A stretch of DNA of 46,304 nucleotides from Mesoflavibacter profundi (GCA_964225135.1 CAXQNQ010000195.1:1-46304); one strand, 5' to 3'. Shown: positions 19,793 through 29,531, counted from the first letter of the stretch. Numbers and translations: made by a program. Notes: generated from the sequence alone by a model not told the origin.

Positions 19793-19828
19793 TTTAAACG
19801 AAATTATTATTGTGATGTTTCGTTTAAA
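19793..19828 (+). terminator. Stem-loop directly after the porP/sprF stop
   Basis: TTTAAACGAAA-(14 nt)-TTTCGTTTAAA: an 11-bp perfect stem starting at the first base after the TGA. It is AT-rich, so stability is modest. Confidence 0.4.
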
Positions 19829-20013
19829 ATATTAGTTTAGGTTTGTATTTACGCATAGGTATACTGTGCTTTAAATAGTTAGGTTTCTATAGGTTTCAAT
19901 TAATTGCTGCAAATAGAAAATTTCAGAAATATTCAGTTCTATACATTTTTTGCTTGTTTTATGGCATAAATGTTAAGTTTTTATTGATTATTTCGAGAAA
20001 ACAAAAATTTCAT

Positions 20014-20044
20014 TTTGTGATAAATAATTAAGAAACTATATTTA
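20014..20044 (+). promoter_or_regulatory. Candidate Bacteroidota sigma-A promoter for gldK
   Basis: TTTG (20014-20017), a 19-nt spacer, then TATATTTA (20037-20044; TAnnTTTG with the last G as A). It lies about 40 nt upstream of the gldK ATG. Confidence 0.3.
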
Positions 20045-20082
20045 CGGACTCTTATCAAAATGAAGGAAAACTCGGGTGTAAA

Positions 20083-21321
20083 ATGAAGAATTTATTAAAG
20101 ACATCTTTCGTACTTATGTTGCTAGCGGTAGTAACATCGTGCGGTACTCGCGAAAACGGTCAATTAATCGGTGTAATGGATCGTCCAGCGTGGAACGGTA
20201 TTAATCCTTATGGAATGGTTTACATCCCATCAGGAACAGTACACATAGGTAACAGTGACCAAGACATTGTAAATACCTACACACAACGACCTAAATCAAT
20301 CTCCATCCAAGGTTTCTACATGGATGAAACGGAGATCACAAACAACGAATATCGTCAGTTCGTATACTGGGTCAAAGATTCAATTGCACATTCTATCTTA
20401 GATAATACTTACGAGTCTGAAGACGGTAGTGAGACATACATCGATTGGTATGCTGACATCGATTGGGATTCTGAAGAATTAGAAGAAATGTTCTACACAG
20501 GTAACAATAAGTTTGCCGGTAGGAAAGAATTAGATGTAAGTAAATTAGAATACGAATACCAGTGGTTTGATTGGAAAAAAGCCGCTCATGATAAAGGAAA
20601 ATCTCCTAGGAGAAATTTCATCATGGAAGAAAAGGTAAACGTATATCCAGATACTATGGTATGGATTAGAGACTTCTCTTATTCGTACAACGAGCCGATG
20701 ACTCGTAACTATTTTTGGCACCCTGCTTTCGATGATTACCCAGTTGTTGGTGTAAATTGGGCTATGGCTAATGCGTTCTGCTTCTGGAGAACGAAGCTAT
20801 GGAACTCTTACGCTGCTAATGGGGTAAACTCTGAAGATTTCCGTCTTCCTTTCGAACACGAGTGGGAATATGCAGCTCGTGGTGGACACGAATTAGCTCC
20901 TTACCCTTGGGGTGGATATTACATTAGAAATGCTAAAGGTTGTTTATTGGCCAACTTTAAGCCTGGTCGTGGTAACTACCCAGAGGATGGTGGTCTATAT
21001 ACGGTTAAGGCAGATGCTTACTTCCCGAATGATTACGGATTATTCAACATGTCAGGTAATGTAGCTGAATGGACGAGTTCTTCTTATGAAGCTGGTGCAT
21101 ACGCACACATTCACGATTTGAATCCAGATATCCGTTATGATTCGAAGGAGGATGATCCAATCGCATACAAAAGAAAAGTAGTTCGCGGTGGTTCTTGGAA
21201 GGATGTTAAGTTCTTCTTGGAAACAGGTACGCGCCACTGGGAATACGAAGATACAACTAAGTCATACATCGGTTTTAGATGTGCGCTTACTTTCTTAGGG
21301 CGTTCAATCGACGATTTCTAA
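20083..21321 (+). CDS. gldK: Gliding motility / T9SS lipoprotein GldK (PorK; FGE-sulfatase fold)
   Basis: Lipobox LLAVVTSC|G, and SUMF1/FGE-type motifs (MDETEITNNEYRQF, GVNWAMANAFC, RLPFEHEWEYAARGG, NVAEWT, VRGGSWKD, IGFRC). It is first in gldKLMN order. Confidence 0.9.
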   Translation: MKNLLKTSFVLMLLAVVTSCGTRENGQLIGVMDRPAWNGINPYGMVYIPSGTVHIGNSDQDIVNTYTQRPKSISIQGFYMDETEITNNEYRQFVYWVKDSIAHSILDNTYESEDGSETYIDWYADIDWDSEELEEMFYTGNNKFAGRKELDVSKLEYEYQWFDWKKAAHDKGKSPRRNFIMEEKVNVYPDTMVWIRDFSYSYNEPMTRNYFWHPAFDDYPVVGVNWAMANAFCFWRTKLWNSYAANGVNSEDFRLPFEHEWEYAARGGHELAPYPWGGYYIRNAKGCLLANFKPGRGNYPEDGGLYTVKADAYFPNDYGLFNMSGNVAEWTSSSYEAGAYAHIHDLNPDIRYDSKEDDPIAYKRKVVRGGSWKDVKFFLETGTRHWEYEDTTKSYIGFRCALTFLGRSIDDF

Positions 21322-21335
21322 GATAATTCAATTGA

Positions 21336-21378
21336 AAATATGGATGTCAAATAAAACCAAATACTGGCATCCATATTT
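21336..21378 (+). terminator. Stem-loop after gldK (possible partial terminator or RNA-processing element)
   Basis: AAATATGGATG-(21 nt)-CATCCATATTT: an 11-bp stem followed by TATATCCTTTTTTG. It lies in the 178-nt gldK-gldL gap. Confidence 0.4.
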
Positions 21379-21499
21379 TATATCCTTTTTTGTTGAATAA
21401 AATTCTCCTTAAGGATGTAACTTTTATTGTTAATCTGATTTAAAAGGTGAATACAGCAATTTTTTATCCATTGACTAATCAAAATTAAATTTAAAGGAA

Positions 21500-22090
21500 A
21501 TGAGCAGTTTTGTTAAATCTAAAAGTTTTAAATACGCTAAGAACTTGATTATTGGTGTGGGTGCAGCAGTTGTTCTAATGGGAGCACTTTTTAAGCTTCA
21601 ATCATGGCCATATGCATCTGAAATGCTTATTATCGGACTAAGTGTAGAGGCACTAATCTTCTTAATGTTAGGTGTATTAGGACCAGACAAAGATTACTAC
21701 TGGGAAAAATTATACCCAGGTCTATCTGACTATGAATCAAATATCGCTCCGCTTACTGCAGGAGATTTAGGCGAAGTTGCTAAGCCACTTAATGCTGATG
21801 CAGTAGAGGCAAACCTAAGCGGAATGCTAGAAGAACTTAAATCAATGTCCACTAACCTTGGATCATTGAAGGCACTTCAGGAAATTGACTTTTCTGGAAC
21901 ATCTGAGCAAGTAAAAGCTATGGGTAACTTCTATGCTCGTATAAACGAGGCGATGGCAGACCTACAGGATTCTGTTGAAGATACTAAAGCATACAAAGAT
22001 CAGTTAGCTGCATTGAATGAGAATCTTGGATCGTTGAACTCTGTGTACGGTAACGTACTTAACGCAATGTCTAACATTGGTAAGAACTAA
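21500..22090 (+). CDS. gldL: Gliding motility / T9SS motor protein GldL (PorL)
   Basis: 196 aa with two N-terminal TM helices (IIGVGAAVVLMGALF; MLIIGLSVEALIFLMLG, with an intramembrane Glu) and a helical cytoplasmic tail. Its position is between gldK and gldM. Confidence 0.88.
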   Translation: MSSFVKSKSFKYAKNLIIGVGAAVVLMGALFKLQSWPYASEMLIIGLSVEALIFLMLGVLGPDKDYYWEKLYPGLSDYESNIAPLTAGDLGEVAKPLNADAVEANLSGMLEELKSMSTNLGSLKALQEIDFSGTSEQVKAMGNFYARINEAMADLQDSVEDTKAYKDQLAALNENLGSLNSVYGNVLNAMSNIGKN

Positions 22091-22138
22091 TTGAAGTTCA
22101 CTGAGTCAATTATTTTTTAAACACTAAAAAAAAGATCC

Positions 22139-23743
22139 ATGTCAATTCCTAAGGAACCGCGGCAGCTGATGATTAACCTGATGTATCTGGTTTTGACAGC
22201 ACTGCTTGCGTTAAATGTTTCTGCCTCTGTAATGAACGCGTTCTTTACATTGGAGAAAAGTATGCTTACATCGAATGATATTGTAACGGAGAGTAATGAA
22301 AAAGTATTAGAGGCTATCCAAGCTGAAGCTGAAGCTTATGAGGGTGATACCTTAAAGCAAATTGCGCTTGAGAAAGCAACTGAGGCTAAAATGATTGCTG
22401 ACCAATTCGATGCATATATCGAAGGTATTTATAATGATATCTTTGCGGCCGCTGGAGGTAAAGATCCCAAAAAGCCGAAATCTAACATACCAAAAGATAA
22501 GAAGAACAAAGATATCACCACGCGTTTATTGGTGGATGGTCAACCTAAGAAAGGTATTGAGCCATTAGGTCCACAGATTTATGCAAAAATTATCGAAACT
22601 AGAGACAAACTTAAAGAATTGGTATCTGCTGACAAGCAAGAACAACTTGAAGAAGCAATGCCTCTAGGTCGAAATATTGAGAACTGGCAAGAAGATGCTG
22701 ATCTAGATAAGGCACAGAAGAATACTACGTGGACTACATATAAGTTCCGTCAGATGCCAGTAGCAGCGGTAATTCCTATGCTACGTTCATTTCAGGCAGA
22801 TGCGAAAACTTCAGCTTCTGCAGTAATGAATGAAATGTTTGCAGAGTCCAAAGGTGAAATTATCAAATTTGATGCATTCTTCCCTGTTGCTTCTGCTAAA
22901 TCGAGCTATGTTTTACAAGGTGAAAAATACGAAGCGGATATCTTCCTTTCAGCTTTCTCTACGGCTGCTAGTGAATCGACTAAGATTTACGTAAACGGCC
23001 GTGAAATTCAAATGGAAGATGGTAAGGGTATCTATTCTGCTACAGGTTCTAAGTTAGGTACAAACTCTTATAATGTTAAGATCGATGTGACTAACCCGCT
23101 TACACAGGAGACAGATTCTTACGAGCAGAAATTCGAATTCGAAGTAGGTCAGCCATCTATCGCTGTTGCAGCAGATCAGATGAATGTATTCTACATCGGT
23201 GTAGATAACCCTGTAACAGTTTCAGCTGCGGGTATTAACTCTAATGCGATCAGTGTTTCTATGACTGGAGATGGAGGTGGTTCTATCTCTAAGACAGGCG
23301 GTAGCTCATATAACGTTAAAGTAACTAAGCCAACACCATTAAATCAGTTTGCTTTCGTTACTGTAACAGGAGGTCCAAAGCCAGTAAAAGTACCTTTCCG
23401 TGTGAAGCGTATTCCAGATCCAGTTCCTGCATTAGCGCCAGGTGTGCATGAAGGAAATATGGGTAACGGAACATTCAAAGCATACCAAGGTGTAATTGCT
23501 GAGTTGAAGAACTTCGATTTTGATGCAAGATGTAATATCCAAACATTTGATTTGGTACGTATCGCATCTCGTCAGGATCCAGTAACTGCTCAAAACACAG
23601 GAGCAAGATACAATGATAAGGCACAAAGACTGGTAAACCAGGCTAAGCCAGGAGATACATATTACTTTAGAAATATTAAGGGTAAATGCCCAGGTGATGC
23701 TGCAGGTCGTAGCCTACCATCTATGGTATTTACAATCAGATAA
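22139..23743 (+). CDS. gldM: Gliding motility / T9SS motor protein GldM (PorM)
   Basis: The N-terminus PRQLMINLMYLVLTALLALNVS matches the conserved GldM/PorM TM helix (Arg and Tyr included). A long periplasmic region follows. Confidence 0.9.
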   Translation: MSIPKEPRQLMINLMYLVLTALLALNVSASVMNAFFTLEKSMLTSNDIVTESNEKVLEAIQAEAEAYEGDTLKQIALEKATEAKMIADQFDAYIEGIYNDIFAAAGGKDPKKPKSNIPKDKKNKDITTRLLVDGQPKKGIEPLGPQIYAKIIETRDKLKELVSADKQEQLEEAMPLGRNIENWQEDADLDKAQKNTTWTTYKFRQMPVAAVIPMLRSFQADAKTSASAVMNEMFAESKGEIIKFDAFFPVASAKSSYVLQGEKYEADIFLSAFSTAASESTKIYVNGREIQMEDGKGIYSATGSKLGTNSYNVKIDVTNPLTQETDSYEQKFEFEVGQPSIAVAADQMNVFYIGVDNPVTVSAAGINSNAISVSMTGDGGGSISKTGGSSYNVKVTKPTPLNQFAFVTVTGGPKPVKVPFRVKRIPDPVPALAPGVHEGNMGNGTFKAYQGVIAELKNFDFDARCNIQTFDLVRIASRQDPVTAQNTGARYNDKAQRLVNQAKPGDTYYFRNIKGKCPGDAAGRSLPSMVFTIR

Positions 23744-23757
23744 ATAAAATCTTCTTA

Positions 23758-23785
23758 ATGGCCGGATATTTCGGTATCCGGCCAT
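23758..23785 (+). terminator. GC-rich perfect hairpin between gldM and gldN
   Basis: ATGGCCGGATA-tttcgg-TATCCGGCCAT: an 11-bp perfect stem. It lies 15 nt after the gldM stop and 18 nt before the gldN ATG, and no long T-tract follows. Confidence 0.45.
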
Positions 23786-23803
23786 CTATTAAATTGCTGT
23801 AAA

Positions 23804-24679
23804 ATGAAGAAGACTCTTAAAAAATTAGGTTTTGTTTTGTCTTTAGTGGTTATGTTGATGCCACTTGGACTATTTGCACAAGGAACTCCTACTGGAATCA
23901 CTACTGAATCAGGTGAACCATTAGATGCTAGACCTGTAATCGATGGTGTAGTGGAAGAGAGGTTAGTTCTGGATCACAGAGTTTTGCCTTACGACCATGT
24001 TCGTGAAGCGGATATCATGTGGCAAAGAAAAATTTGGAGAGTGATTGATGTTCGTGAAAAAATGAACAAGCCTTTTGCTTATCCTGAGCGTCACTTTTTC
24101 TCTATCCTATTGGATGCAGCTGTAAATGGTGATATCACTGTTTATAGTACAGAAAATGACAAGTTTACTATTCCTTTAACAGCTGAAGAAGTAGCTTCTA
24201 AAGGTACACGTATCGATACGGTTGTTACATTTGATATTGAAACGTACGAAGAAAAAATTGAAATCACACGTAATGAAATTAATCCGGATGACATCAAGCG
24301 TTTCCGCGTAAAGGAAGTTTGGTTCATTGATGAGGAGTCTTCTGAAATGCGTGTACGCATCCTAGGTATTGCACCACTTAAAGATGTATTGGATGAAAAT
24401 GGTACTTTCCTTTATGAGGAGCCTTTATTCTGGGTGTATTACCCACATGCAAGAGAGGTTCTAGCTAAGGAACGTGCATTCAATGCAGGTAATGGTGCTT
24501 CCCCATTGTCTTGGGAGGATATTATGGAGGCTAGATACTTTGCTTCTTATATTATTAAGCGTGAAAACGAATTCGATCAACGTCTTCAAGATTATCTATC
24601 TGGTGTAGATATCTTATATGAAGGAGAGAAGATTAAGAATGAAATTTTCAACAAAGAGCAAGACCTTTGGTCATACTAA
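23804..24679 (+). CDS. gldN: Gliding motility / T9SS ring protein GldN (PorN)
   Basis: 291 aa with signal peptide MKKTLKKLGFVLSLVVMLMPLGLFAQ. It has GldN-like sequence (ADIMWQRKIWRVIDVREKMN, VKEVWFIDEESS) and is last in gldKLMN order. Confidence 0.85.
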   Translation: MKKTLKKLGFVLSLVVMLMPLGLFAQGTPTGITTESGEPLDARPVIDGVVEERLVLDHRVLPYDHVREADIMWQRKIWRVIDVREKMNKPFAYPERHFFSILLDAAVNGDITVYSTENDKFTIPLTAEEVASKGTRIDTVVTFDIETYEEKIEITRNEINPDDIKRFRVKEVWFIDEESSEMRVRILGIAPLKDVLDENGTFLYEEPLFWVYYPHAREVLAKERAFNAGNGASPLSWEDIMEARYFASYIIKRENEFDQRLQDYLSGVDILYEGEKIKNEIFNKEQDLWSY

Positions 24680-24694
24680 TAGGTCGCAAAGATC

Positions 24695-24731
24695 AAAAAA
24701 GCCGTTTCGATTAATCGAAACGGCTTTTTTT
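24695..24731. terminator. Bidirectional rho-independent terminator (gldN / helicase)
   Basis: AAAAAA-GCCGTTTCGA-ttaa-TCGAAACGGC-TTTTTTT: a 10-bp perfect stem flanked by an A-run and a T-run. Confidence 0.75.
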
Positions 24732-26655
24732 ATTGCATGAATTCCCAAGCTGACCGATACGCCTGAACTTGATCGATATAATTTAGAAAAGCGGAATAAA
24801 ACTTATCCGAGGAAATAGTACCACTATCGCCTACTAAAACCAACATACGTTTTGCTCTAGTCATCGCTACGTTCATTCGCCTGTAGTCCTTTAAAAAGCC
24901 AATATCTCCTTTCTCATTGCATCGGACCAGCGAAATATACACCACATCTTTCTCTTGTCCTTGATACCCGTCAATAGTACTCACTTTGATTTGATGATCA
25001 CTAAGTTGCTCATCATCCTTGAGTTGATCTTCGATGTAGCTAACCTGCTCCTTATAAGGTGAGATAACAGCTATATCAGCTTGATCTCCTTCCTTTTTAC
25101 AAGCTTCTATCAGTTGAAGCATATGTTCTCTTATAATCAAATATTCATCTGGATTGAATCGACTCTTACTACTTGGGTTCACCTGTTCCTCAAATCCACA
25201 TCCGGCAGTATCAATGAACTGCAAGGGCTGGTTAGCAGCAATCTGTAACCGAACGTCTTTAACAGAGGCATCAGCCTGTAAGGCACCCTTATAGAATCGC
25301 TCATTGGAGAACTGCATAATCTGTTCATGCATCCGATATTGTATATTGAGTAGGCTCGCTGTATGGTTGTACTGCAAGGCATATTCTAATAAGGTTCGTT
25401 CAAATCTATGCTTTCTAGCTTGATCCGATTTGATAGTAGGTGGGAGCTGTTGTGGGTCACCTACAAGCGCTACCTTAGCAGATCGACTTATAGGAATCCA
25501 GCAAGAGGGTATGAGTGCTTGAGCTGCCTCATCAATAATGCACATCGGAAATTTGATGTTTTCTAGGACTCTGTCGCTTGCACCAACTAAGGTGGCACAG
25601 ATTACTTGGGAGCTACTTATAATCTGATCGATCAGCCTTTGCTCTAATTGATGGGCCCAAGTTTCTAATTCAGCAGCTTCTCTGAAAAGGTCCTTACGTT
25701 CTAGATAGGCATCTCGATCAAAGTTGCGTTTGTATTTTTTGGCCTTCCTCCGCGCTTCAGCGGCATCCTTTCTAATTTTCTTTAGTGTTTTAGATTCTGG
25801 ATGTGTACCTAGTTTAGCCTCCAAGGTATGGTATAACAAGGTTTCACTAACCCTAGATATATTTCCTATCCTCAACACATGTATTCCAGCTGCTGCTAAT
25901 CTTTCCGTTAGTAAATCTACTGCCGTATTGGAAGGTGCACATAGTAAGATATTATTCATCCTTTTGCTTAACTCTCGCACAGCTTCAACAATAGTAGTTG
26001 TTTTTCCCGTCCCAGGAGGTCCATGAATAATGGATACTAGATGATTACTGTTTAAGTGATTGAGTGCATGGTTCTGCGAGGCATTAAGTTTGATGTTGGG
26101 TATGGAAGCTAAAGGGTGTTTTTCTTCTGTTTTAAAGCCCAGTAGGATATCCCTCAGTTCCGCAATCCTATCTTTTTCTGCTTGAGCTACTTTGGTGTGT
26201 GCTTTAGCCATTTCAACATAAGACCGCTCCTCAAATCCTAAATCTACACCACACATGCCCTTATCTATCCAGTCTGGGTGATCCTTACTCGAAAGGATAA
26301 CTTTCATTTTATTTTTCTCTACAAAGTGAATGACTCCATTCATCTCTGCTTTATTCGCGCTAGCATATTGAGTAAATAATCGAACCGTATTTCCACTTCG
26401 AAATTTGTGTGGTTCTCCTACATTATTGATCCTGGTGAAGATGACAAAGGCTCTTCCACCAATTGTGTATCCCTTTCGTTGAATATCTAATGGATACCAG
26501 CTATATCCTGCCTTTTTGCGCTCAGCCAATGGCATTTTAAGCACCCAATCTTGGAAGTGCTTACGTTCGTGTTCGCGCTCTGCCTCTAGTCCTGCTTTAC
26601 TTTGTTCTAAGAGTGCGGTTATGGCTTTTCTATTATTAATATTATTTCCTGACAT
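24730..26655 (-). CDS. Superfamily 1B helicase, Upf1/IGHMBP2-like
   Basis: Walker A is GPPGTGKTTT and Walker B is IIDEAAQ. It also has VGDPQQLPPT, TIDGYQGQEKDVV and RRMNVAMTRAKR, plus an N-terminal domain of about 190 aa. Confidence 0.85.
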   Translation of the reverse strand: MSGNNINNRKAITALLEQSKAGLEAEREHERKHFQDWVLKMPLAERKKAGYSWYPLDIQRKGYTIGGRAFVIFTRINNVGEPHKFRSGNTVRLFTQYASANKAEMNGVIHFVEKNKMKVILSSKDHPDWIDKGMCGVDLGFEERSYVEMAKAHTKVAQAEKDRIAELRDILLGFKTEEKHPLASIPNIKLNASQNHALNHLNSNHLVSIIHGPPGTGKTTTIVEAVRELSKRMNNILLCAPSNTAVDLLTERLAAAGIHVLRIGNISRVSETLLYHTLEAKLGTHPESKTLKKIRKDAAEARRKAKKYKRNFDRDAYLERKDLFREAAELETWAHQLEQRLIDQIISSSQVICATLVGASDRVLENIKFPMCIIDEAAQALIPSCWIPISRSAKVALVGDPQQLPPTIKSDQARKHRFERTLLEYALQYNHTASLLNIQYRMHEQIMQFSNERFYKGALQADASVKDVRLQIAANQPLQFIDTAGCGFEEQVNPSSKSRFNPDEYLIIREHMLQLIEACKKEGDQADIAVISPYKEQVSYIEDQLKDDEQLSDHQIKVSTIDGYQGQEKDVVYISLVRCNEKGDIGFLKDYRRMNVAMTRAKRMLVLVGDSGTISSDKFYSAFLNYIDQVQAYRSAWEFMQ

Positions 26656-26701
26656 GAACTATGCTAGATCTTTGAAGAGAACAAATATCTATTTATTTAG
26701 A

Positions 26702-28042
26702 TCAAAAGGAAGGTCTATTTTTGATTATTGATCGGTGTTTATTGATTTCCCAAATCAAATAGCCAAATACAATGACGTATTCAATGATAATAACTACAAA
26801 GTATAAGTGCTCATATTCGCTATACTTGATGTAGCTTAGGCAAGCAAGTGCAGACCAAATCAGTATAAATCTATAAGTGGTGAAAACAGATAAGGCTATG
26901 GGTAAGGCTAAGTACCATGGATGCACGGTAGTCGAACAAATCAGATAAATACAAAAGGCCCAAAAGCTCATTTGAATCAATCCTAGGATATCAGTACTCC
27001 TATCTCGTATAGCTAAGGTGATACAAGTCAATAAAGTGATCAAACTCAATATAGGACCCACATAATGGATCATCCCATAACCAAGATTTAATTTAATAAT
27101 CCAGTCTACTAGATAATATATGCTCGCATTGAACTCAAAGTTTCTAAAGTATAGATTTAGACTATCTGAAATATTGAATAAGGAATCAGCAGATAGGAAT
27201 GGACTAAAACATATGTCTAATACTAGCAGTAAAGTCATACTATAAAGCACTAATTTTTTAGTAGACAAGCGCCCAATCAAAAAGATTTGAGGAATGAGAG
27301 TAACAAGCTTACTCGAAATGGATAATCCCATAAATAGAGCTGCTTGTAAAGGTTTCTGTCGCAATAAGGCTTGTAGAGCTAAGAAAAAGAATACAATCAA
27401 AAATGCTTCAAAGTGTACATTACCACTCAGTTCAATGATTACTAGAGGGTTGAGGGCGTATATAAGTAAGTTTCTTGGATTTATATGGTATGATTTTAAT
27501 AGTCTGTAAATCAAATACATAGTACCTGTTTCTGCTATTAATATCAAGGCTTTTATTAGTATGCTTATACCTAGCCAATTTTGCCCAGCTAGATAAGTTG
27601 CTGTAGAAGAAATCCCTTGGGCAAAAGGAGGATATACCGAGTGATAATGTGGTGAATTCAGTTTTTGGTAGAGTTCAGGACTTAACCATTTTGGTTCTAT
27701 TTGCTGATTAAAATAATAGCTTGGAATTTCGGCAAAGGGGTTAAATCCTAAGTTGTTGAGATAACCATCCCAGATGAATCTATAGATATCGTCAGATAGA
27801 TTTGGAAAGGCAAATAGTAGACTTATTCGGGCTATGAAGGCTATCCCTATCCAAAAGTGTAATTGTCCCTTTTTTAAGATTAGAAAATAGATTCCAAAGA
27901 GGAGGGAGTAACAGGCAAGGATTCTTGGAAATTGGTCTTGCTCAAGTAGATAGTTCAAAGGGATTAACACCAGCAAAAAAGCGAGGCCCAGGAGTGCCTC
28001 GGACCATTGGACAGCTTGCCAGTGTTTGATAAACCCTTTCAT
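26702..28042 (-). CDS. Polytopic membrane protein, GT-C-like (DUF2029/mannosyltransferase-like) candidate
   Basis: 446 aa with 11 or more TM helices. An early loop carries DDIYRFIWDG, which resembles the GT-C loop-1 acidic motif. It abuts the upstream GT2 stop with no gap. Confidence 0.5.
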   Translation of the reverse strand: MKGFIKHWQAVQWSEALLGLAFLLVLIPLNYLLEQDQFPRILACYSLLFGIYFLILKKGQLHFWIGIAFIARISLLFAFPNLSDDIYRFIWDGYLNNLGFNPFAEIPSYYFNQQIEPKWLSPELYQKLNSPHYHSVYPPFAQGISSTATYLAGQNWLGISILIKALILIAETGTMYLIYRLLKSYHINPRNLLIYALNPLVIIELSGNVHFEAFLIVFFFLALQALLRQKPLQAALFMGLSISSKLVTLIPQIFLIGRLSTKKLVLYSMTLLLVLDICFSPFLSADSLFNISDSLNLYFRNFEFNASIYYLVDWIIKLNLGYGMIHYVGPILSLITLLTCITLAIRDRSTDILGLIQMSFWAFCIYLICSTTVHPWYLALPIALSVFTTYRFILIWSALACLSYIKYSEYEHLYFVVIIIEYVIVFGYLIWEINKHRSIIKNRPSF

Positions 28043-29527
28043 TTATTTATTGAGTTGTAAGTGTTTAATAGAATAGAAACAAATGCTACCGAATCCTATT
28101 GCTAGCAATAAGTGAAAAACAATAAAGGCTCGTTGACCTGTAGTCAATGCATAGGCTGTTGTGCCTAAAAATACAATGGCTAATAATCCTTCAATGAGAG
28201 TAGAAGTGGATATTTGTTTGGCCAGATATGCATTGGACTTGATCTGATCTTTTCCTGATTTTAAATCAAATTTAGGCGTTCGGATAAAGGCTGATTTTTT
28301 TCCTATAAATCCTTCTAGTACAGCAATGGAATTATGCAAAGATAAACCCATGGATAAGCCTAAAAATAAGGGGTACTGAACGATGAATTTACCCATCTTT
28401 TTGCGCCAGGATTCTGTGTTGTAAAAAGCCCAAACATTGGCTACATAATAAATAGAGATAATGGACAACCAAGAGAGCATAAAGTAGGAATAAATGTATA
28501 GGGGCAAATGATCTAACTTATGGAAGAAGAACAGCAGTGGGACCGAGCTGATAGCTGCTATTAGAATAAATACAAAGATTGAAGACCCTAGAAGATGTGC
28601 ACTACCATGAAGCTTCTGGTTAAAGGATAGGGATGATCTCCAGATTTTGGGCAGCATTTTTTTAGCAGTTTCTGCTCCACCTTTCATCCATCTAAATTGC
28701 TGAGATTTTAGTCCATTCATTTCTGCAGGCAATTCTGCAGGTGAGCCAATATCTTCAAGATAGACTATTTCATATCCTTTCAGTTGGGTTCTTATACTTA
28801 GATCTAAATCCTCGGTGAGTGTATCTGCTTGCCATCCACCTGCATCTTCAATAGCTGAACGCCTCCAGACACCTCCCGTACCATTGAATTGTAGGAGGTA
28901 GTTTCCTGTTTTACGACCTACTTGCTCTACTGAAAAGTGTACGTTTAGTTGCAACGCTTGTAGCTTAGTAATGATGGAATAATCTTTATTGATGTGTTCC
29001 CATCGGGTTTGTACTACACCAATTTTGTCAGTGGTAAAGTGGGGAATAGTCTTTTGGAGAAAATCAGGCCGAGGTAAAAAATCTGCATCAAATATAGCCA
29101 AGAATTCACCTTTAGATACAGACATATCGTACTGTAAGGCACCAGCTTTGAACCCCACTCTTTCAGGCCTCCTAATTTGTTCTATTTGAAATCCCTTTGC
29201 TTGATATTCTTTGACTTTTTGTGCTGTTATATCTAGGGTCTCATCGGTGGAGTCATCTAAAATGTGGATTTCAAATCGATCTTTAGGATAGTCCATCAAG
29301 GTGATATTATCTATCAAGCGTTCTACTACAAATTTTTCGTTGTAGATAGGGAGTTGAATGGTTACAAAGGGCCATTCTGGGGGTGTTGTGTCTACCTTGG
29401 GTTGGAGCTGATTCCTATGCGCTTTTAAGTATTTAAACAATAGGGTGAATTGTATCAGGCAATAGATGGTGATATAGCTTAATGCTAAGGAATAAATCAG
29501 GAGTATGCTGTAGTATATAATCTGCAT
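28043..29527 (-). CDS. Family 2 glycosyltransferase, processive (cellulose/chitin-synthase-like) type
   Basis: VTIQLPIYNE, ILDDSTD, FDADF, TEDLDLS and QQFRWMKG (D,D,D,QxxRW), with an N-terminal TM helix and multiple C-terminal TM helices. Confidence 0.85.
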   Translation of the reverse strand: MQIIYYSILLIYSLALSYITIYCLIQFTLLFKYLKAHRNQLQPKVDTTPPEWPFVTIQLPIYNEKFVVERLIDNITLMDYPKDRFEIHILDDSTDETLDITAQKVKEYQAKGFQIEQIRRPERVGFKAGALQYDMSVSKGEFLAIFDADFLPRPDFLQKTIPHFTTDKIGVVQTRWEHINKDYSIITKLQALQLNVHFSVEQVGRKTGNYLLQFNGTGGVWRRSAIEDAGGWQADTLTEDLDLSIRTQLKGYEIVYLEDIGSPAELPAEMNGLKSQQFRWMKGGAETAKKMLPKIWRSSLSFNQKLHGSAHLLGSSIFVFILIAAISSVPLLFFFHKLDHLPLYIYSYFMLSWLSIISIYYVANVWAFYNTESWRKKMGKFIVQYPLFLGLSMGLSLHNSIAVLEGFIGKKSAFIRTPKFDLKSGKDQIKSNAYLAKQISTSTLIEGLLAIVFLGTTAYALTTGQRAFIVFHLLLAIGFGSICFYSIKHLQLNK

Positions 29528-29531
29528 AGAT

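Noticed and set aside
24730-26655. The Upf1-like SF1 helicase as part of a Mokosh-type or other helicase-based anti-phage system.
   Set aside because: There is no PLD or other nuclease domain fused or adjacent. The flanking genes are T9SS core and envelope glycosyltransferases, and there are no mobile-element hallmarks. It is kept only as a low-interest finding.
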